A DNA stretch of 43,631 nucleotides from contig JAKQQL010000024.1 of assembly GCA_029564175.1 (NCBI GenBank), positions 1 to 43,631 on the forward strand, in the 5' to 3' direction. This DNA comes from Candidatus Cloacimonadota bacterium (GTDB lineage Bacteria; Cloacimonadota; Cloacimonadia; Cloacimonadales; WRIO01). The notes beneath the pieces are model-generated. The model made no database searches, was not told where the DNA came from, and was given only the letters and a program-made list of their open reading frames with translations. The translations under genes and the position numbers were made by a program. Below, in pieces: positions 20,799 to 30,479 of this stretch (positions are counted from its first letter, which is position 1; each line of letters starts with the position of its first letter).

Positions 20799-20825
20799 AG
20801 GGCGGGAAACCGCCCTTTTTCTTTT
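20799..20825 (+). terminator. Rho-independent terminator of the tldD operon
   Basis: AGGGCGG-GAAA-CCGCCCT followed by TTTTCTTTT. Confidence 0.85.
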
Positions 20826-20876
20826 ATATACGAATGATATATGCTTTTTATCGTTTTTATATAGAATCTGGTAACT

Positions 20877-20945
20877 GTAGAGCAAGCAAGTGCTTGCTAA
20901 GCAATAAATGACGTTTATTTTTGCAAGCTGGCAGCTCGCAATACA
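20877..20945. repeat. Degenerate REP-like doublet (GTAG-AGCAAGCA-AG-TGCTTGCT and TGCAAGCTGGCAGCTCGCAATAC)
   Basis: Homologous to hairpins at 23841, 37996, 39405 and 42532. Confidence 0.6.
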
Positions 20946-21042
20946 TAATCTAACAAGCATGCTTCTCTTCTATTGTCTATTTTTTATTTGCTATTCAAAT
21001 GAATATGTTTATCTTTTTAATAACAAATCAATAGAGGAGAGA

Positions 21043-21849
21043 ATGATGAACCCATATTTATTTAAAAAACCATCCATTAACAAACTACTATTGTTCTTTT
21101 CTATATTAACTTTAAGTATAACGTTGTCAGCTGGCGATAAAAAAATAAAAGTTGGCTTTTATGACTATGGGGATTTTTATCACAAGGGTCAGGGAATTGA
21201 TAAAGATATTATCGATGAATTGGCAAAGAGAACGCCCTATATTTTTGAAACACAGGTTTTAACCCGCGCTCGTATCTGGCATGATATAGAAAAGGGCAAT
21301 CTCGATATGAGTGTTTCCGGTATTCAAAATGAACAAAGAGACCAGTTTGCCTGGTTTATTCACTATATTATCATCAAAAATTACGCTGTTCTTAGATTAG
21401 ATAAAGCAAAAGACATTAAAAATGCCAGAGATTTTATTGATAATTCAAAACTAAAGTTTGGCGTCGTCAGGTCATTCAAACATGGTGAGAAACAAGATCA
21501 ATGGCTGAATACACTGAAACAACTCAAGCGTATTGAAGAAAACCCTTCAGCAGATATCATTTTTCAGAAAATCGGAGATGGAAATCTGGATGCCATGTTT
21601 TCACAACCACCGGTTTACAGTAAATATATAAAAATTTTTAATCTTCAGAATAAAGTAGTCATTCAAGACTGGACACCTGGCGAAAAGGGAGTTCTGCACG
21701 GCTTAATTCTCTCTAAAAAGCGCTTTTCTCAAAAAGATGCGCAATATTTTTATAAAGTGATCCAGGATATGAAAAAAGACGGCACACTTAAAAGAATCTA
21801 TTCCAAATATCTCACTGAAAAAGAAGTCAAAGCAGCATTAAATTTCTAG
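21043..21849 (+). CDS. Second orphan family-3-type substrate-binding protein (~268 aa)
   Basis: Signal peptide; GIDKDIIDEL, RARIW, GVVRSFKHG and DGTLKRIYSKY motifs. Start moved to ATG 21043 (SD GAGGAG). Confidence 0.8.
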   Translation: MMNPYLFKKPSINKLLLFFSILTLSITLSAGDKKIKVGFYDYGDFYHKGQGIDKDIIDELAKRTPYIFETQVLTRARIWHDIEKGNLDMSVSGIQNEQRDQFAWFIHYIIIKNYAVLRLDKAKDIKNARDFIDNSKLKFGVVRSFKHGEKQDQWLNTLKQLKRIEENPSADIIFQKIGDGNLDAMFSQPPVYSKYIKIFNLQNKVVIQDWTPGEKGVLHGLILSKKRFSQKDAQYFYKVIQDMKKDGTLKRIYSKYLTEKEVKAALNF

Positions 21850-21930
21850 ATCAGCTCAGATTCCTGTCAGCTGAGATTTAGAGGGCGATTAGAGAATTAA
21901 GAGACATGAACGGGTAAAAAAGAGGTTGTT

Positions 21931-23805
21931 ATGGATGCTCACTTAAAATCTTTGCTTGTCGATGCAGGCACAGGATTCTATAAGATAAAGAAATATAAAG
22001 TAGGCGATTATTTTGGTCCCGTTGATTTGGGATTACATCATGCGGTAAAGCGAAATAGTCTGAACTTTGGTGTAGGTTTACTGGCAGGGTCTATTTTCCC
22101 TGGTTCAAATCGCTTATTTGTTACTGGATTTTCACCCTGTTGGGGTGGTTTTTACATATCAGCGATGGGCGGAGCCGGATTGGTGTTTGATAATCTCGGG
22201 CTGAATATGCTGAGTATCATTGGTAAAGCGTCGAATCCTTCTATCTTATACCTCAACCGTAATCATGGAGAGGAATTGGATATTGAGGTCATTCCAATAG
22301 AATTATTTGAAATATGGAAAAGTGGTGAAGGTGGATTTTATGCATTACACGAGTATATTTATGAAAAATATAAAGATCGCTACCCTAATGATCCACGCAT
22401 TCTGGCAACAGGTCCTTCAGCCTGGACCACTGATATGGGGGCAATTGGTTCTATTCCTATAGAAAAAGGAAAGATCACTCATGCAGATACATGGGCAGGA
22501 CGGGGCGGATTTGGCTCAAAAATGCTTCAAGATCATCATATTGCCGGTATTATTTACGGAGGCAGTTTCATTGATGAAGATTTCAGAGACAGGAAAGTGG
22601 CTGATGAATGGTTTCAGGAAAAATATCAACAAAAATTACTGATCAAAGATTTTGAAGCAACTGCCAAGTACCGATATGAAGATAAATTTAAGACAGGTGG
22701 TACTTTAGGTGTTAATTATGCCAGTGTCGGTAAGAGATTGATTGCCTTTAATTATAAAAGCTGTCTGATGTCAGATCAGCAAAGAACAGAGATTCACCAA
22801 AAACTGATTGTTAATCACTATCTGAAACAATTTAATGAAGAAACAATTGCCAATAAACAATACAGAACCTGTGGCGAGCCATGCTCAGCTGTTTGTAAAA
22901 AACTAAATGGCGTCTATAAAAAAGACTATGAACCTTATCAGACGCTGGGTCCACTTTGTGGGATATTTGATCAGCGTTGTGCTGAACGGGTCAATCGTAA
23001 AGCTGATACTTATGGTTTCGATGCAATATCTGTTGGCGGTGTTCTTGCCTGGTTGATGGAATGTCTGGACAGGGAACTGCTTAATCCGGAAGATCTCGGT
23101 GTAACGCTGAAACCGTATTTTCAGCCAGAGAATTTTGATGTTGTCCATCATTCAGAACAGAATGCAGAATTGGCTGTGCAGCTTTTGGATGCGATTGTAG
23201 CCAAAAAGGGACTTATCGATCTGAGTGAAGGTGCACGTAAATGGGGACAGAGTATTTTTCGCCAAAAAAATGTGAATATCCTCGATTATTTCGTTTACAA
23301 TGCCTTTGGCAGAAAAGGCTGGATAGTGCCAAACCAGTACTGGAATTCAGGTGTATTATCGCCAATGGCAATTATGGGCAAATATTTTATGTATTACGGT
23401 TATGATTTTCTGCCTCCACGCGAACTTGGCAGAGTAAATGCCCTTCGTTTTAAACAGGAATTGCAGATTGATAATCTTGGTTTTTGCAGATTTCATCGTA
23501 TGTGGCTGGAAGAGATGATTCCGGAAATTGTGCATAATCTCTACGATAAAAAAGAGGCTTATATCTATAAATGCGCTTTGACAGCCAGTCGTATTAACAG
23601 CAGAAATGCATCTTTATTCTGGGAATCAGAACGTAATATCGATTTTGTTCACGCTTTTCTAAAAGGGGTTGATATAGAAAAAAGCGGTTATCAGGAAGAT
23701 TTAAAGAAATGGCTGGCAGACTTTGAAGCAGATAAAAAGGAAGCCGCTTTGAATTTCTGGTATGAGATCCATAAAGGGATTCAGGAGTCTCTGAGAGAAT
23801 TTTAA
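21931..23805 (+). CDS. Aldehyde:ferredoxin oxidoreductase family W/Mo-pterin enzyme, GAPOR-like
   Basis: SAMGGAG, WAGRGGFGS, TGGTLG.NY, TCGEPC.AVCKK, YEPY, GFDAIS.GG and DNLGFCRFHR motifs, recalled as typical of the GAPOR clade. Confidence 0.8.
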   Translation: MDAHLKSLLVDAGTGFYKIKKYKVGDYFGPVDLGLHHAVKRNSLNFGVGLLAGSIFPGSNRLFVTGFSPCWGGFYISAMGGAGLVFDNLGLNMLSIIGKASNPSILYLNRNHGEELDIEVIPIELFEIWKSGEGGFYALHEYIYEKYKDRYPNDPRILATGPSAWTTDMGAIGSIPIEKGKITHADTWAGRGGFGSKMLQDHHIAGIIYGGSFIDEDFRDRKVADEWFQEKYQQKLLIKDFEATAKYRYEDKFKTGGTLGVNYASVGKRLIAFNYKSCLMSDQQRTEIHQKLIVNHYLKQFNEETIANKQYRTCGEPCSAVCKKLNGVYKKDYEPYQTLGPLCGIFDQRCAERVNRKADTYGFDAISVGGVLAWLMECLDRELLNPEDLGVTLKPYFQPENFDVVHHSEQNAELAVQLLDAIVAKKGLIDLSEGARKWGQSIFRQKNVNILDYFVYNAFGRKGWIVPNQYWNSGVLSPMAIMGKYFMYYGYDFLPPRELGRVNALRFKQELQIDNLGFCRFHRMWLEEMIPEIVHNLYDKKEAYIYKCALTASRINSRNASLFWESERNIDFVHAFLKGVDIEKSGYQEDLKKWLADFEADKKEAALNFWYEIHKGIQESLREF

Positions 23806-24102
23806 AAAGCACTTCCCAATTTTCAATAAAACAAAACGATGTAGAGCAAACAACCTGTTTGCTAAGTATAATATGAGTCTGCTATAAAAACTCTGATCTA
23901 TGAGATGAAGGTTAACTTTAAAATGAAAAATATGTTTAAAAATCCAGAAAAGTAGTTTAAAGCAGTATTTTTAAGCCTTCCTTTTTCGTGTGTTTAGTGT
24001 ATTTCGTGGTTCATGCCCTTTTTATAGTGGACTCATAATATATAGCTGCAAACTGATGATTCAAACAATTGTCTCCCGATCTTTAAAAAACTAAAAATTA
24101 TC

Positions 24103-24130
24103 TTGACATCGTAAGATTTAGAAGTATATT
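24103..24130 (+). promoter_or_regulatory. Sigma70-like promoter TTGACA-16-TATATT
   Basis: Near-consensus boxes upstream of 24212. Confidence 0.5.
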
Positions 24131-24211
24131 TAGCAAAATAATACAGAGAGTGAAACAGATTAACAGAAAGAATCGGCAGGGAATGCCAGTATTCTGTAAA
24201 AAGGAGTTATC

Positions 24212-27157
24212 ATGAAAAAACTACTATCTATTCTTATTTTTTTATTGCTTGTGGGAGGCTTATTTTCAGACAATCTTGAACAAGCAACTATTGTCAGAAA
24301 ATCTGAAGTCAATCAGCATCACTTGTTTTTTGAAACACCAAATGGTTTATTGTCAGTCTATCAGGCAAATCCAAGAGGTTACTACCAGATCTACGTCCAA
24401 CTATATTCTGAAACTGGTGAGCCTCAATGGGGAGAATATGGATTAACAACAGATGATAATTATGTACATCATGGCAAACCATTTGCCATTCAGACCAGTG
24501 AGAATGCTCTAATTATTGTCTGGATCGAAAATGAGATCGGAGATCAGTATCCTACACAGTTTTACCCTTACCATTCACGGGCTCAAAAGATGAACTATAA
24601 TGGCGAACGAATATGGGGCGATTCAGGTATTATCATTCCTGAATCCGCTACCGGAGATAATTATCTGAAAATTTATCCGGATGGTGAAAATGGCTTTTAT
24701 TTTGCCAATTCTGCTTATCCTTATCAAAATTTTAATCTCAGACATATTGATAAAAACGGAAATCTGCTCAATGATGTTAATCTGGATATAGCAAATGGTT
24801 ACAAAGTCCTTGATTTACAAACGAATCCGCAAAAACAAATCATTGTTACATTTGAAACAAATACAGATGGATGGTATCGTCACTATTTTATGAAAATATT
24901 TGATCAGTTCGGTGAATTACTGAGTCCACAAATTTTAGTAGGGTTTGCGCTGGATATGAACCTGTTTGAGAATATTCCGATAGGCAGTGAATCTGTATAT
25001 AGTTTTTCAAATAACGGATGGAATCATATCGAGGTAAAAGCCGTTGATATGTATGGTCAACCGGTAATGGATCTCCCTTATAAGCGGATTTATGCTGGGT
25101 CATTCCCTGTTACTGCCATGAAGGTAACCCGTACTGAGGATGCTTTTTATGTGGCTTTAGTTGAAGAGGATGTTCTGAAAATGATTAAAGTAAACTATAA
25201 TGGCGAGAATCTATGGCAAAATCCTGTCATTATTACCTCTGAATGCAATAAAATTTCTAATATTAAACTCGATATAAATGGAAATGCCCTTATTTCTTGG
25301 ACAGATGATAATGATCAGCTCTTTTTTCAAAGTATTCACCCTGACGGGCAATTACATTTTGCTGATAGCGAACAAATAACCCCTTCAATACAAACCATTT
25401 ATACATATCCTGAAATCTTTAGAATAACTGACAAAACGATTTTTAAAACCTGGTCTTCTTGTGATGATATCCATCGGATTATCAGTCTGAGAGCTGATTA
25501 TAGCTATATTCAAAATTCATTGACCGCACTTAATATCCGAAAACACGATTTATATATCAAACAGCAATTTGTTTTGAATCAGCGAAATTATACCTATGTG
25601 GTTTGGAGCGAATTCTCCGATTTTGGCAATCATGTTGAAAACTTCAATCAAATCTATTATCAGATTTATACACCTGAAGGAACTGCTGTCTTTCCACAGG
25701 GTGGGAAAAAATTGACTCAAAGTGCCTGTGCCCAGAAAATAAAGTATGTAAAAACTGATACTGATGGCAATCTGCTGATAACCTGGAATGAAAAATCTCC
25801 TGTGGATAATACTTTTCAATGTAAATTCCAAAGTATTGGAACCGATAGTCATACGCTCTACGGTGAAGAGGGGTTGATTTTGTTCAGAGAGATTGAATCG
25901 CTCCATACCCCTGTGTCAATGTGTGTCGATCAGGATGCCATTTACTTCTACACTCAGAAAGATCGGAATTTGATTGGTCAAAAACTGGTCAATCAGCATA
26001 TTGTATGGGATATTGAAGGGAAAGAAATACTCCCAGGACTTTTTGGTGCAGAGCGTTCAGTTTATTTACTGCCAAATGATACAGGGAAGAATTATCTGGT
26101 ATGGAGAGAATCACGAACGAATCTATATTATTGTACAATAAGAACTTTAAAGCTCAATAAAAACGGAGAAGCAGAAGAAGGCTGGCATTCGGAAGGCAAT
26201 CTCATTTACCAGGGTACAGATGTTTTCCCTGAAGAGGTAGAATACCCTGAGTCACAGAATACATTCAATGTGCTTCGTTTTGGAGATTATCATTTATTTG
26301 TATTTAATACCGAAAATCCGGACAGTAATTTTGACCATTACAAGTATCTGATGGAGGATGATAATGGATATTGTTTGTACAATACGCCTATGTCTCTGTT
26401 CTCAGATTATCATCTTAGTATTAAAAATATATTTGTAAATCAAAATGAATTAACTGTCATAGCAAATTACACTACTCAGATTAGAGCGTATAAATATACA
26501 TTCAACAATACGTTTGTGCCAGTATGGGATGAGCCATACCCCATAAATGAACAGGTTTTTTTACCTGCTTATACACCTTTTATTCAAATCAGAGATGCCT
26601 TTCTGGCCGGCTATTCTGTCAACAACTTCATGTATTATCATTTATTTAATCCGGATGCAAGTCCGTTGGATAACCCTGTTCAAATTTACACAAACCCAAT
26701 CTCATTGTTATGCGGTCCTATGCTTTACAAAATTGACAATAATCATTTCTATACCACCTGGACTAACAATTTCTGGTATTATTCCTGGAGTGATGAATTT
26801 CCAATTACTCAAACATTTTTAATTCAAAAACATTATCTGCCTGATTTTGTTGAAACAAGTGAAGTGGAAAGCCCTTCTGCTTCTTTAAAACTGGATCAAA
26901 ACTACCCGAATCCATTCAATCCTGACACTCAGATACGCTATTCGCTCAGTTCTGATCAAAAAGTGGAGCTGTCTGTGTTTAATATTAAAGGACAGAAGAT
27001 CAGAACGCTGGTCAAAGATCAGCAAACGGCTGGTTCACATCAGATAAGCTGGGATGGTAAAGATGAGCATCATCACGCACAAGCCAGTGGTGTGTATTTT
27101 TACCAATTGAAAACAGATACGCAACAAATCACCCGAAAGATGATTTTGATGAAATAA
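24212..27157 (+). CDS. Secreted beta-rich protein with C-terminal FlgD-Ig/T9SS-like sorting domain (981 aa)
   Basis: Signal peptide; repeated ..Q.....G...W motifs (possible beta-propeller); C-terminal QNYPNPFNP...WDGKD...SGVYFYQL...KMILMK. Confidence 0.8.
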   Translation: MKKLLSILIFLLLVGGLFSDNLEQATIVRKSEVNQHHLFFETPNGLLSVYQANPRGYYQIYVQLYSETGEPQWGEYGLTTDDNYVHHGKPFAIQTSENALIIVWIENEIGDQYPTQFYPYHSRAQKMNYNGERIWGDSGIIIPESATGDNYLKIYPDGENGFYFANSAYPYQNFNLRHIDKNGNLLNDVNLDIANGYKVLDLQTNPQKQIIVTFETNTDGWYRHYFMKIFDQFGELLSPQILVGFALDMNLFENIPIGSESVYSFSNNGWNHIEVKAVDMYGQPVMDLPYKRIYAGSFPVTAMKVTRTEDAFYVALVEEDVLKMIKVNYNGENLWQNPVIITSECNKISNIKLDINGNALISWTDDNDQLFFQSIHPDGQLHFADSEQITPSIQTIYTYPEIFRITDKTIFKTWSSCDDIHRIISLRADYSYIQNSLTALNIRKHDLYIKQQFVLNQRNYTYVVWSEFSDFGNHVENFNQIYYQIYTPEGTAVFPQGGKKLTQSACAQKIKYVKTDTDGNLLITWNEKSPVDNTFQCKFQSIGTDSHTLYGEEGLILFREIESLHTPVSMCVDQDAIYFYTQKDRNLIGQKLVNQHIVWDIEGKEILPGLFGAERSVYLLPNDTGKNYLVWRESRTNLYYCTIRTLKLNKNGEAEEGWHSEGNLIYQGTDVFPEEVEYPESQNTFNVLRFGDYHLFVFNTENPDSNFDHYKYLMEDDNGYCLYNTPMSLFSDYHLSIKNIFVNQNELTVIANYTTQIRAYKYTFNNTFVPVWDEPYPINEQVFLPAYTPFIQIRDAFLAGYSVNNFMYYHLFNPDASPLDNPVQIYTNPISLLCGPMLYKIDNNHFYTTWTNNFWYYSWSDEFPITQTFLIQKHYLPDFVETSEVESPSASLKLDQNYPNPFNPDTQIRYSLSSDQKVELSVFNIKGQKIRTLVKDQQTAGSHQISWDGKDEHHHAQASGVYFYQLKTDTQQITRKMILMK

Positions 27158-27169
27158 CAGTGAAAAAAA

Positions 27170-27742
27170 TTACTTTTGCAGATATTGAATCAGCTGGCAG
27201 GCTGTTAACAGATTTTGAACTACAAAATCTGGTTTATATTCCCATTCAGGAAGAGTAGTAAGGAGTTTCGAACCATTACCGGTTAATACCAGTATAGTTT
27301 TTAAGTGTGCTTTTTTGCCAAACGCTATATCTTCCTTTTTATCTCCAATCATGAAAGAATGATTGATTTGAATATCAAAGTCCTGACATGCCTGATGAAA
27401 CATGCCTAAGGCAGGCTTTCGCATGTGCAGATTATCACGATATTCTGGTAAAACAGCGTCTTTGTAATAAGGGCAATAGTAAATTTTATCAATAAAAGCC
27501 TGATGATCGACTAAGGTTTGAGTCATTTTCTGATGCACTAAATCCAGATCTGATTCTGTAAATATCCCTCTGGCAATGCCGGATTGATTGCTTACCACGA
27601 TGACTTTGAAACCAAGCTGATTGAGGAGACGAATTGCTTCTGCAGAAAAATCAAAGAGATGAAAATCTTCTGGTTTGGAGATATATCCCTTATCATCGTG
27701 ATTTATAGTACCGTCTCTGTCGAGAAAAACTGCTTTATTCAT
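27170..27742 (-). CDS. gmhB: D-glycero-D-manno-heptose 1,7-bisphosphate phosphatase (HAD IIIA)
   Basis: AVFLDRDGTIN, VSNQSGIARG, YCP, RKP..GM and MIGD motifs. Confidence 0.9.
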   Translation of the reverse strand: MNKAVFLDRDGTINHDDKGYISKPEDFHLFDFSAEAIRLLNQLGFKVIVVSNQSGIARGIFTESDLDLVHQKMTQTLVDHQAFIDKIYYCPYYKDAVLPEYRDNLHMRKPALGMFHQACQDFDIQINHSFMIGDKKEDIAFGKKAHLKTILVLTGNGSKLLTTLPEWEYKPDFVVQNLLTACQLIQYLQK

Positions 27743-30135
27743 TAATTATGGTCATCCGTTTGAATTTTCAGAGATTCAGGCAGCTTGATGTTTAATAATA
27801 CGATTCGATAATCCCAGTAATCTGCTGATTTGGTATAGGCAAATGTAATACGCCAACAATGCAGTTCTCTGACCAGATTGATGGTTTGTGATAAAAGTTC
27901 ATGAGATTTCATATCAAAATAGTTCGTATAGTTCAATGACCAGTTAAGGGTTAACTTGATATTGGAAGAAGTTCTCATACTGGTATAAACATAGTTATTT
28001 CTTCTGACCTTGGAATAGTCATAATCTGCAGTAAAACGCCAATTTCCAGGCTTACTGAGCTTTTCCAGATCTTCAATGGATTCTACAATCTGATCCTGTA
28101 GTGAAAGACTGTCCGGCTCAAAAAACTTACGGGTAACAAATTCATTTTTTTCATACGGGAAATATTCCTGATACAAGGCATCTCCAGATACAGCACAGCC
28201 GAGATTTAAACGCCAGGATTTGATATTAAAATCATAAGGGTCCTGTGATGTACTGAAAGACTGTGAAGTAGAAAAGGAAATATCCCCTTCAAAAGCACCC
28301 GGATTCAGACTCATACTATGAGAAATATCTGACCAGGGTTTTGTCTTATTTCTGAGATTATAGCTTGTATTAGAGCGTAAAACAAGCAGGTCATTGAGCT
28401 TATTCTCTTTCTTTTCTATCCCACTGATGTACTTTAACTGCCATTTCTGCTCAACACTTAATCCCATCGATGAAGCTTTTTTACCTGAACTGACACCTAC
28501 TCCCCCAAAAGAATACAAATCTTTGTTTTTATCATAAAAATCTGGTGACCAGGAATATGAAACAGAAGGGGTTACAATATGCCGAATGGCTGTAACCGGT
28601 ATATTTTCAAACTTTTTGAGACCATAAAGTGAAAATGAAGCGTTAGCTCCATAAGCATAAGAATAACCATGTGCTAATTTATCATTATTACGATCTCTGT
28701 CCATCAGCGCTTCTTCAAAACTAAGAGACTGAGACAGTTTTAACCAGCCTTTAACAGAATCATTCCAGCTAAGGCCGATACTTTGTTTGACTCCGGCATG
28801 ATGTTCATTGATATACTGATTTAGTGAATCCCGACTGCTGAGATAGAACAGATCTGAAAACGATGGATTTTTCTCTTTGATATTACCGGTGTGTGTCCCA
28901 TAACTTCTCCACGAGTAAGTGAAGTTTTTCCACCAGTAATCTTTGTTTTTTAAACTGTCACTGTTGACAGGGAATATTTCATAAATTGGCTTAGATGGCA
29001 GACTATATGAAAAAGTAGGCAATGTAATAAAACGGGTATCATTGATTAAATCTTCAGTATAAGCACCAGACATGTAAAGGGTACTACTTTTAAAAGGCTT
29101 TCGGTAAGAGATATTAGAGGTAATAGATTCCTGTAAACGCTTATCAACATCAGACTGATTGTCCCATACCTGACGACTGCTGGCAAAATCAAGATTTAAA
29201 GAGAATTCAGATTTATTATAAAATTTTTGTTGATGGTAAGCTCTCACAGACCATTCATCCGAGTAATTAGTAATATCGGAAATATGCTTTCTGTAAAGGG
29301 CATGGAGATTGCCGTTATAATCATAACGTTTACGGTAAGGCATATCAAACTCTGTACCCCATCCACTTTTTTCTGTAAAGTCAGCAGAAAGCGTCATATC
29401 GGTGTAATCATTGATTGGCAAATAATAGGCTATATTTTTCAGATATTTCCCGTCTGAAGGATTGTAGCCAGGCTCAGGTACAAGCAAACCTGATTCACGC
29501 CCTTTTTTGATGCTAAAGGCAGCAAAGGGGAAAGCCATGACAGGAAACTCATTTACATAAAAATAGATAGGTCTGGCTACGACCATGTGATTACGGTAGA
29601 TTCGCATCTGATTGCCTCTGATATCAAAATGAGGCTCTTTGGCATCACAGGTTGTAAATCGTCCTTTATCAACATCAAACACTTCGTTGTCAATTTTTCG
29701 CATTTTCTGACCGTAGTAAAAACCTAACTCAAACTTACTGGCACCTCCCAAAATAAAGCCTGTTTCCGTATCGATGTCATAATAAACCTGGTCTCCCAGT
29801 ATGACCTGATCCCCATCCTGCATCAGAATCCTACCCTCTGCATGCGCTTGCTCTTTATCAAAATCAATCAACATGGAATCTGACTTTATCGTTGCATTGC
29901 CATAGCGAATCATCGAATTGTAACGTAGTTTAATCTTTTCTAAATTTACATAATATTCAAGACTATCTGATTCGTAAAACAGAGAATCGTCAATAATTTT
30001 CTCCGTTTTTAGAGAATCACTGACAATTATCTCGTTATTCTGAGCATAAACCCGTTGAAATACGAATCCTGCCAGATTCATACTGATCAGGATAATGATA
30101 AAAATATATAGATTTTTATTATGATTTTGATTCAC
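27742..30135 (-). CDS. lptD: LPS-assembly outer-membrane protein LptD-like
   Basis: N-terminal OstA-like region (FTTCD, P..AFPF, RESGLLVP) and a beta-barrel with RH..TPSVSYSWSP and RELHCW; coupled to gmhB. Confidence 0.85.
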   Translation of the reverse strand: MNQNHNKNLYIFIIILISMNLAGFVFQRVYAQNNEIIVSDSLKTEKIIDDSLFYESDSLEYYVNLEKIKLRYNSMIRYGNATIKSDSMLIDFDKEQAHAEGRILMQDGDQVILGDQVYYDIDTETGFILGGASKFELGFYYGQKMRKIDNEVFDVDKGRFTTCDAKEPHFDIRGNQMRIYRNHMVVARPIYFYVNEFPVMAFPFAAFSIKKGRESGLLVPEPGYNPSDGKYLKNIAYYLPINDYTDMTLSADFTEKSGWGTEFDMPYRKRYDYNGNLHALYRKHISDITNYSDEWSVRAYHQQKFYNKSEFSLNLDFASSRQVWDNQSDVDKRLQESITSNISYRKPFKSSTLYMSGAYTEDLINDTRFITLPTFSYSLPSKPIYEIFPVNSDSLKNKDYWWKNFTYSWRSYGTHTGNIKEKNPSFSDLFYLSSRDSLNQYINEHHAGVKQSIGLSWNDSVKGWLKLSQSLSFEEALMDRDRNNDKLAHGYSYAYGANASFSLYGLKKFENIPVTAIRHIVTPSVSYSWSPDFYDKNKDLYSFGGVGVSSGKKASSMGLSVEQKWQLKYISGIEKKENKLNDLLVLRSNTSYNLRNKTKPWSDISHSMSLNPGAFEGDISFSTSQSFSTSQDPYDFNIKSWRLNLGCAVSGDALYQEYFPYEKNEFVTRKFFEPDSLSLQDQIVESIEDLEKLSKPGNWRFTADYDYSKVRRNNYVYTSMRTSSNIKLTLNWSLNYTNYFDMKSHELLSQTINLVRELHCWRITFAYTKSADYWDYRIVLLNIKLPESLKIQTDDHN

Positions 30136-30370
30136 TAAACACTCTTTTTATATTATTGATTGCTACAAAAGCATACATAATGTTAAATGCAAAAAACACT
30201 TATTGATGTCAAGTTCAAAATCAAATGGCTTGAAATTATAAATAATCCTCAGGATAAAAGCGCTGTTTCAGCCCTGACTGAACCTGTCATCATGTGCTTA
30301 TACACTTGTTTTGTACGACAAGTCTATGTACTCAGCTTTCTGCAAACAAGATGCGTGAAGTATGATTATC

Positions 30371-30401
30371 AAAAAAAAGAGCGGGTTTGCACCCGCTCTT
30401 T
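30371..30401 (-). terminator. Rho-independent terminator of the 1696-aa gene
   Basis: AAAGAGCGGGT-TTGC-ACCCGCTCTTT with an A8 tract (T-tail on the minus strand). Confidence 0.8.
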
Positions 30402-30430
30402 CAATTTAGTTTTTCGCAAGCTGGATCTTT

Positions 30431-30455
30431 CGTACTACAAGCATCTTGCTTGTAG
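30431..30455 (+). repeat. REP-like hairpin CGTACTACAAGCATCTTGCTTGTAG
   Basis: Exact reverse complement of the 555-579 unit. Confidence 0.85.
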
Positions 30456-30479
30456 CCGTTCTACAGCTTGCCTGTTGAA

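Noticed and set aside
20908..21042. Extended N-terminus of the 313-aa ORF
   Set aside because: It runs through REP-like sequence. The SD and signal peptide support a start at 21043/21046.
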